A stretch of 64,000 nt of DNA from the human T2T-CHM13v2.0 reference genome, Homo sapiens. The stretch is from the NCBI RefSeq assembly GCF_009914755.1, contig NC_060935.1, one strand, 5' to 3'. Each line of letters starts with the position of its first letter. The first letter of the stretch is position 1. Of the stretch, positions 51,643 to 64,000 are shown in pieces. The position numbers were made by a program, and so were the translations under genes. The notes under the pieces are model-generated. The model was given only the letters and a program-made list of their open reading frames with translations, was not told the origin of the DNA and ran no database searches.

Positions 51643-54514
51643 AATTCAAGACATTTGGCTTGAGAGCCTCTTTTCATAATCTATAAATTCTCATAGCATC
51701 AATTATAAGTTTAAAATAATAAATAAATGACTCAAATTTATGGATCAGCCCAGATGTGGATCCCGTATGGAAACCCATACGTCCAAAAATGAGACGTCAC
51801 TTAAAATACTCCCACAACCTCATTCAATTGAACTTTTAAAATTGAACTGCTAATTTTCTTCTATTTCCATCCTTCATTTCCTCCTCCATATAGTAAAAAA
51901 TAATACCTAACTTCCAAGTGCGGGAAGGCAGCAAAACCTGGTGATATTAAACTTCTTCTGCCTTCTGTATGTCTTATTCCCCAACTCAATTCACACTGCA
52001 TTGATTTTATTTACTAAACATTTTCAGAATCTGACCACTACTCTTAATTTTAATTGTTCATTACTTCTATTCAGGCCAACACCCTTTCTTTCTGAATTAC
52101 ACCAAGAACCTTATAAACCTTCTTTTTGTCCTTTCTATTCTATTCTTCACAATAAAGAGTGTTCCTATATCTAGATTTGACCATGAAACGTCTCAGCTTA
52201 TTCTAACCTAGGCCTTCTCATTCAGCCTCATCTTCTGATACTGTCCCCACCTTGCTCATTACAATTAAAATATTCTGCTCTTCATTTAATGTCTAGTCCA
52301 GTCTCCCACCTTCTCCTTGCTTCCTATTCTCCTATACTTTCTGTTCATTCTCCAAGTCTAAGACCAGATGGCATTTTTTTTTTTTCAGGCAATCCTCTGA
52401 TTCTCTGAGGGGAGACAATGTCAGAGGTACATGCCCCTAGGGCACCTTGTTTCTCTTTAGGGTAGCATAGTTTTTTACCTTTAATTGTGATTTCCAGCCT
52501 AATTCTCAGCATCCACCATTAGATTTTATGCTCTGTGAGGATAGGTGGCCATAAACTAGGCCTGCACTACTTCTGGCACTCAAGGGAAGTCTAATAATTA
52601 TCTACTGAATCACTAGTTGAGTGAATGTAGAAACAAATGAATAAATTTTAGGTATGGCCCAACTCTTGAAGAATATTTAATAAAAGGTAAGTAAGTTTGA
52701 TTTTATTTAATAGACAATAAGCACACACTGGAAGTTTTAAGCAGAAGGAAGGCATATTCATTCTGGAAAATTTGGTGAGCAAAAGTTTGTGAAAAATACT
52801 CTGCTAGTTGTGAGGGTACCATTTTGAGGAAATGTTCTTACATGTTCAAGCTTACAGTCAAGTGGAAAGATAGATATGCAAATACATCAAATAAAAAACA
52901 TTGTAAGAATTTAAATAACGAGCAGATGCTCAAAAAAAAGCATGAGCACACTGTGTTTCAGGTAGAAGATAGCTGTCCAGAGAAGGGAGGGCTTGGCACT
53001 GAGACCTGAAAGACTAGGAGGAATTTGCCCCTTGGACAAGTGAGGGCTGGTCCCCTAACAGAGAGCAGTGTGGGAAGAAACACAAATATTTTAGGGTGTC
53101 TAAAGTAATCAGGAAGCTGGGCTAGCTGGGCTTTAGAAAGTATTGAAGTGTGCAGCCAGGACTGAAGTGGGCGTGATGAGATAGGGCCATCATTTGAAGA
53201 TGTTTGTTTGCAGAAAATTGACAGAACATTAGAGTGTTGAGTTTAAGAGTCAGGCCAACCTAGATTCACTCTTCTCAACAGACATTAGACCAAAAGAAAA
53301 TTTCGTAGTCCTTTTCTAGACACCTTCCTCAACTATAAAATGGCAATAATAGCACAAACTTAACTGACTGGTTTTAAATATTCAGTCACAGAGAGTGCAA
53401 GAGATACCGATCACACAGTATTATTTTTAAAAAACAGTTTTTATTGATTACTTTTTGTTATTTTAGTAATCAATGAATTGAAGATGCAGTGATAATAAAA
53501 ACGAATGGAATAATTTAGAGGCCAAATTCATCAAGAGCAGTTTTGGTCCTAGGCAAAGTGATGTGATGTTCTTACACATTTTATATAGGATACTGTTTTT
53601 CACTAGTTTTATTTAACAAAGACCAACTACACATGGTTGTTTATAATTATTAACCCACTTAACTTATTTTTGATTAGTGCTCTTCAATTTCTCCTATCTA
53701 TTATCTAATGATTCTCCTGACTCCAGTCTACGACCAGTAAAGTCAGCCTGCCCGGCCAAAGAGGCAGCCATGGCTATGAATTTGACTTACTCCTCCCTGG
53801 CCAAATGCTTTTTAGTATCATAAAATAGACAAAAAAAAAAAAATTTAAAAGCAAGCAATTCCTGCATTTTAGGAGTTTCAGTTAAATGTTGTGAGGTGAG
53901 ATGTAAACCTTGGAGATAATTAAGCTAGTGGGAGAATCGAATAAAGAAACTCAACAGCAAGGAAGTACAAGTGAAGTAAAATACAGTAAACATTTGCTTC
54001 TTTTTCTTATGAACGTAAAAATCGTGCCTTAGAGTGATTAATGGAAAAATGAATAAGTATATTTTGAAAGACAGAAACACCATCTAAAACACTATCTGAA
54101 AGTTTAGATATTTTTAAAAAGGCAATAGGGAGCCAATGTATGTTGCTGAGTAAGAAAATTACATTAATAGATCCCTAGCATGTGAGAGGTGAGAGTTAAC
54201 TAACTGACCACCTTTGCTAATGATGCTAACCTGCAGAAGAACCTGTGCCAGGCTAGCTTCATAAGAATTGTCTGCAGATCTTTAAAGGTTAATAAATGCC
54301 TACAGTCTGTTAAAGATTGAGCTATTCAGGGTTGGGAATGCAGTGGTAATCTGATTTTTAAATATGACTGCAGGGGGAGGCGCCAAGATGGCCGAATAGG
54401 AACAGCTCCAGTCTACAGCTCCCAGCGTGAGCGAGCAGAAGACGGGTGATTTCTGCATTTCCATCTGAGGTACCGGGTTCATCTCACTAAGGAGTGCCAG
54501 ACAGTGGGCGCAGG

Positions 54515-54820
54515 TCAGTGGGTGCGTGCACCGTGTGCAAGCCGAAGCAGGGCGAGGCATTGCCTCACTCGGGAAGCGCAAGGGGTCAGGGAGTTCCCTT
54601 TCCTAGTCAAAGAAAGGGGTGACACACGGCACCTGGAAAATCGGGTCACTTCCACCCGAATACTGCGCTTTTCCAACCGGCTTAAAAAATGGCGCATCAG
54701 ATTATATCCTGCACCTGGCTCGGAGGGTCCTACGCCCACGGAGTCTCGCTGATTGCTAGCACAGCAGTCTGAGATCAAACTGCAAGGCAGCAGCGAGGCT
54801 GGGGGAGGGGCGCCCACCAT
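54515..54820 (-). CDS. L1 ORF0, open, 101 aa (MVGAPPPASLLPCSLISDCC...)
   Basis: ATG at 54818-54820 in strong Kozak context gcaATGG; matches the ORF0 N-terminus; donors after 54715 (phase 1) and 54633 (phase 2). Expression unproven. Confidence 0.65.
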   Translation of the reverse strand: MVGAPPPASLLPCSLISDCCASNQRDSVGVGPSEPGAGYNLMRHFLSRLEKRSIRVEVTRFSRCRVSPLSLTRKGNSLTPCASRVRQCLALLRLAHGARTH

Positions 54821-55276
54821 TGCCCAGGCTTGCTTAGGTAAACAAAGCAGCCAGGAAGCTCGAACTGGGTGGAGCCCACCACAGCTCAAGGAGGCCTGCC
54901 TGCCTCTGTAGGCTCCACCTCTGGGGGCAGGGCACAGACAAACAAAAAGACAGCAGTAACCTCTGCAGACTTAAATGTCCCTGTCTGACAGCTTTGAAGA
55001 GAGCAGTGGTTCTCCCAGCACGCAGCTGGAGATCTGAGAACGGGCAGACTGCCTCCTCAAGTGGGTCCCTGACTCCTGACCCCCCGAGCAGCCTAACTGG
55101 GAGGCACCCCCCAGCAGGGGCAGACTGACACCTCACACGGCCGGGTACTCCAACAGACCTGCAGCTGAGGGTCCTGTCTGTTAGAAGGAAAACTAACAAA
55201 CAGAAAGGACATCCACACCAAAAACCCATCTGTACATCACCATCATCAAAGACCAAAAGTAGAAAAAACCACAAAG

Positions 55277-56292
55277 ATGGGGAAAAAACAGAGCAGAAAA
55301 ACTGGAAACTCTAAAAAGCAGAGCGACTCTCCTCCTCCAAAGGAACGCAGTTCCTCGCCAGCAACGGAACAAAGCTGGATGGAGAATGACTTTGACAAGC
55401 TGAGAGAAGAAGGCTTCAGATGATCAAATTACTCCGAGCTACGGGAGGACATTCAACCAAAGGCAAAGAAGTTGAAAATCTTGAAAAAAATTTAGAAGAA
55501 TGTATAACTAGAATAACCAATACAGAGAAGTGCTTAAAGGAGCTGATGGAGCTGAAAACCAAGGCTCGAGAACTACGTGAAGAATGCAGAAGCCTCAGGA
55601 GCCGATGCGATCAACTGGAAGAAAGGGTATCAGCGATGGAAGATGAAGTGAATGAAATGAAGCAAGAAGGGAAGTTTAGAGAAAAAAGAATAAAAAGAAA
55701 TGAGCAAAGCCTCCAAGAAATATGGGACTATGTGAAAAGACCAAATCTACGTCTGATTGGTGTACCTGAAAGTGACGGGGAGAATGGAACCAAGTTGGAA
55801 AACACTCTGCAGGATATTATCCAGGAGAACTTCCCCAATATAGCAAGGCAGGCCAACATTCAGATTCAGGAAATACAGAGAATGCCACAAAGATACTCCT
55901 CGAGAAGAGCAACTCCAAGACACATAATTGTCAGATTCACCAAAGTTGAAATGAAGGAAAAAATGTTAAGGGCAGCCAGAGAGAAAGGTCAGGTTACCCT
56001 CAAAGAGAAGCCCATCAGACTAACAGCAGATCTCTCGGCAGAAACTCTACAAGCCAGAAGAGAATGAGGGCCAATATTCAACATTCTTAAAGAAAAGAAT
56101 TTTCAACCCAGAATTTCATATCCAGCCAAACTAAGCTTCATAAGTGAAGGAGAAATAAAATACTTTACAGACAAGCAAATGCTGAGAGATTTTGTCACCA
56201 CCAGGCCTGCCCTAAAAGAGCTCCTGAAGGAAGCACTCAACATGGAAAGGAACAACCGGTACCAGCCGCTGCAAAATCATGCCAAAATGTAA
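55277..56292 (+). pseudogene. L1 ORF1, disrupted
   Basis: TGA at codon 49 (55421-55423), a frameshift near 55455, second TGA at 56065-56067. Confidence 0.9.
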
Positions 56293-56355
56293 AGACCATC
56301 GAGACTAGGAAGAAACTGCATCAACTAACGAGCAAAATAACCAGCTAACATCATA

Positions 56356-60182
<3,827 letters not shown>

Positions 60183-61206
60183 ACAATGAGAACACATGGA
60201 CACAGGAAGGGGAACATCACACTCTGGAGCCTGTTGTGGGGTGGGGGGAGGGGGGAGGGATAGCATTGGGAGATATACCTAATGCTAGATGACGAGTTAG
60301 TGGGTGCAGCCCACCAGCATGTCACATGTATACATATGTAACTAACCTGCACATTGTGCACATGTACCCTAAAACTTAAAGTATAATAATAATAAATAAA
60401 TAAATTAAAGAAAAAAAAAGACTGCAGATTATTCATATATGTTATAAGGTTTAGAAAGCACTGATCTATTCCAGTTTCTTCCTTTTTCCAGTGAGGAGAA
60501 TGAAACCAAAGACGCAATATGACCTGCTGGAATACGAGCTGCTTAAGTAGCCCAGGACTCCAACTCATAGGCTTTTTTAGCTTCTGTGTATAAGACAGTT
60601 GGCCTGAAAGTAGTGTGCAGTATGGACTGAAGGGTTAAGTTTTTGGGAGTGGGAAGACAGTTAAAAGTCTATGATAGCAACCTAAGATATATTACATTAT
60701 AAGAGTTAGTACCAGGACTACATAGAAAGGTGGAAAAATGCAATCACTTTAAACAGACCAATAAGATAATTCAAGATAAGAGATGACAACACGTTGAGAA
60801 CACAGAGGCTCTCAGATCTGATTGTGGGGAGAAGGTTCATAGTCTGGAGGATTAATTTGGAATCAAGAGGAAGCAGAGAAGATTTCAGAGTGCATTTAGA
60901 AATTTCCGGAGTTTTCTCACACAAATAACTTACTCTGTCTTTCCTTACTCTCTCTTTGATTACCAGAAGCTGAAAGAAAGGAATTAACCTTTTTCTGGCT
61001 TGAAAACATCTAGAGAACATACTCTCCTTCAGTGTCTCTACACAGTCTCAGGATTCAAACTACATACCACCAATAAGAGAAAGATTCAGCATGCACACTA
61101 TTGGTTGATTTCCCTTTTGGTATTTCTGCCTGTCACATAGCAATAAATCAAGATTTTTCTAAGACCTGAGTACCCAGCTGCTAGTCAGAAAAGGGCCCAG
61201 ACTCAC

Positions 61207-61213
61207 CAGCCAT
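61207..61213 (-). CDS. CASP5: Caspase-5 exon 1, coding part (ATG GCT G); 5'UTR to about 61245
   Basis: gacagaggctgttagctATGGCTG|gtgagt; joins exon 2 to give MAEDSGKKK; paralog of CASP4 exon 1. Confidence 0.92.
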
Positions 61214-61249
61214 AGCTAACAGCCTCTGTCTCTTTGTACAGCACTGGAA

Positions 61250-61375
61250 AGTGCCTCAGACTCAGAGATAAAATACACTAGGTACTTCCTTATTGCAGGG
61301 AGTGGGGACAAGTGATTACAGATTATGGGAAGTTGCTTCTGGGAACCTATAGTTTCATCATTGGGAAGTGCCCTG
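61250..61375 (-). promoter_or_regulatory. CASP5: CASP5 proximal promoter: AGATAA (61266-61271), ETS/CEBP-like acttccttattgca (61284-61297), GAS TTCTGGGAA (61337-61345), ETS GGAAGTG (~61364-61370)
   Basis: Motifs read directly; position homologous to the CASP4 promoter. Confidence 0.6.
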
Positions 61376-61654
61376 TAGTAAGCAAATTGGCTTTCTATTC
61401 TTGAACTCTAGATTCTTCCCTGGGGAAAAAAAATGCAAATGACAAAACATTGTTTTGTGGGTTGAAACCTCAGCCTGGTTTTCTTTTTCCTTTTCTCTCT
61501 CCATAGCCCCACATCTTCTTTTATTCATCCCTCTCTTCTGATCTGTCAGTTTTTCTACCTCTGCTCGTCTAAAAACACATGTCCTGAATGAGTAAAATCT
61601 AACTAGTTTCCTTGCATCTTCCCATAAGAATTAACCAAATATTTTGTATATCTT

Positions 61655-62476
61655 GGGTTTCTTTATTTTTCATTTCAATTTTTATTTGAGTTTCAGGGGT
61701 ACATATGCAGGTTTGTTACAAGAGTATATTAGGTGATGCAGAGGTTTGTAGTACAATTTAACCTATTACCTAGGTAGTGAGAATAGCACCCAGTACATAG
61801 TTTTTCGGCTCTTGCCTTCTTCCTTCATTCCTCCCTCTGGTATTTCCCTGTGTCTGTTATTCCCGTCTTTATGTCCATGTGTACACAATATTTAGCTAGA
61901 ACTTACAAGTGAGATTATGTGATATTTGGTTTTCTGTTTCTGCATTAATTTGCTTAGAATAATGGCCTCCAGTTGCATCCATGTTGCTGCAAAGGGCAGG
62001 GTTTCATTTTTATGGCTGTGTAACATTCCATAGTAGGTGTGTACCACATTTTTTTAAATCCAATCCACCATTGATGGACACCTGGGTTGATTCTATTATT
62101 TTGGCTACAGTGAATAGTGCTGCGACAAACATTTGAAAGCACATGTCTTTTTGATAGAACAGTACATTTTCCTTTGAGGATTCAGTCAGTAATGGGATGC
62201 TTGGACAAATGATAGTTCTTTTTTTAGTTATTTGGTAAATCTCCAAACTGCTTTTCAAAAAGATGGATGCATCACATTACTGGACTTCAAGCTATGCTAG
62301 AAGTCTACAGTAACCACAACAGCAAGGTATTCGTACAAAAAAAACAGACACATAGCCCAATGGAACAGAATAGAGAACCCCAAAATAAAGCCACACACCT
62401 ATAACCAACTGATACTCAACAAAGTCAACAACAACAGCAAAAAGAAACAAGGAAAGGATTGTTTATTCAATAAATG
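61655..62476 (-). mobile_element. Old primate L1 3' end (61655-62258, -) with an inverted ORF2 fragment (62265-62476, +)
   Basis: Reverse L1 3'UTR followed by plus-strand gcatcacattactggacttcaagctat...caatggaacagaatagagaaccc; possible degenerate TSD tgtat(a/t)tcttg. Confidence 0.8.
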
Positions 62477-63589
62477 TATTTCTTGTTTAAACTGTGCTGA
62501 GGAATCATGATGGAGTCTTCTCCTCCCCATCTCCCTGTCATCTTACGCTTTGATTGGAGACAGTTCTGAAGGAATCCTCTTATCTACTTCCTGGAATGCT
62601 GTTCTTCAACTGACTAAAACTGCTTTAACAGTTAATTTTTACTTAGGGTGGCAATTCACTTCTCCTTTTTGATATTCTCTGAGCAAAGACTGATCACAGA
62701 TGTAGTCTCAGGTTGTAGTAGAGTATGCATGATAACACAGAAGAGATATGCCCAGAGAAACAGTTAATAAAAGGTAAAAAAAAAAAAAAAAAGAGAGAGA
62801 GAGAGAGACTGTAATGTGTTCAACTATGAAGGTGTTTAAGAAGTCAGAAATTAACTCTCATTTAATCTGTTAAATATTAGAAAAAAACATATTTGCAAGT
62901 AAGGGGTAGTTCTTCGAATCCTCCCTAAATCTTAACATCCCTGAGTGCATGATTTCACCCCAAACTCGTTTTCTCTGCACCATGCCAGGACTTCACTGTG
63001 CACACCATGCATCCTAGAGTTTCTTCAGGGTGTCAGGCACCATCTGCCAAGCGCTTCATTTTGGATGGCTGTCTTATCTTTTCAAGAAGTCTGTGAACTA
63101 CTGAGGGTTGATTCAAAACTTACTTTGTCTTAAATACTTTTGCAAAGGGTAGAAACATGCAAGTTCATGGATTTGTCAGTAGCAAACTGTGGGATTTGGG
63201 AAAAGTTCTTTATCACACTACACTGTCGCTGTCATAACTAGCTGTCTTCCCCCGTCTCTCCTGCTGAGCTCTAAATTATTTGAAGTCAGATACCTGCTGT
63301 AACTTATATCACATCCCCAAAGCAGAAAGCCCAGCAAACGATTTTTCTTTTTTTAAAAATGGCACAAAATAAATTTTTGTTCAAGAAAGTAATTAATAAC
63401 ATTGCTATGTTTGTAAGTCTGATTTTCTTTTTTAAATTTTTATATTTTATTTTACTTTAAGTTCTGGGAAAGAAAGGTGCCAATAGCCAGTTTGGGTCTG
63501 ACAGATTAAGTCAAACACTCTAAATTCCTTAGTCACTCTAAGTTCCAGTCCCTGTTTCTTCAGTGTGGGAGAAAAATGAGGACAAGTTT

Positions 63590-63679
63590 TCATTTTTCTA
63601 CCAGATTTATTATTTCAAAAAAGTTTATTATTCAGCAGACATAATTCCAAAAACCTTTACAGAAGGATCTCTTCACTTC
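63590..63679 (-). terminator. CASP1: CASP1 terminal non-coding exon with two AATAAA (63606-63611, 63624-63629)
   Basis: ttctcatag|GAAGTGAAGAGATCCTTCTGTAAAGGTTTTTGGAATTATGTCTGCTGAATAATAAAC matches the recalled CASP1 3'UTR; expected gene order; coding exons lie beyond the window. Confidence 0.85.
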
Positions 63680-64000
63680 CTATGAGAAAAAGAAATAATT
63701 AAAAAAAAAAACATAGGAAAGAATTTTGTTAAAGACATGCAAGTTATAAAGTTATACCACCAATGGGAACATACACAATTTTAAAAGGAAAGACCACATG
63801 CTATGTTTAAATATACCCTGCTGAGGTGAAGGAGAGAAACATCCAAAAGTGAGGGTTTGTAGTCTTACGGCCACTTCTAGGCCAATATCAGATGAATCTC
63901 AAAAGGGGTCTAAATGAAAAACTTTGGGAGAAGAGCAACGTGCTCTGCACTGACCAGAAGAAAGGCATTACTTCAGTATTTTCTGTATATGGCTTGATTA

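Overview
Primate, almost certainly human, genomic DNA from the inflammatory caspase cluster (11q22.3 by gene content). All genes are on the - strand. Left to right: CASP4 intron 1, exon 1 and promoter (~1-7070); a 25-kb repeat-rich intergenic region holding a decayed CASP1-like gene (relics of exons 3, 5 and 6); the complete 10-exon CASP5 gene (~32325-61245); and the last, non-coding exon of CASP1 (~63590-63679). CASP5 coding exons of 7+174+252+110+174+235+144+110+99 = 1305 nt give 434 aa, with catalytic H267 and C315 (QACRG). Much of the rest is L1, Alu, ERV-LTR and MaLR repeats; subfamily names come from recalled consensus sequences, not a RepeatMasker run. No prokaryote-type system, CRISPR array or RNA gene is supported. 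Main candidates: (1) a full-length L1PA2/3-type element antisense in CASP5 intron 1, with dead ORF1/ORF2 but an open ORF0 whose first splice donor is in frame with CASP5 exons 2/3/4, suggesting an L1-driven ORF0-caspase-5 isoform; (2) the CASP1 relic, which suggests a CASP1+CASP4/5 two-gene cassette was duplicated; (3) a tandem duplication of the CARD exon that copied its A10 run and a cryptic acceptor; (4) motif swaps between the paralogous CASP4 and CASP5 promoters. All functional claims are inferences that need RNA or chromatin data.
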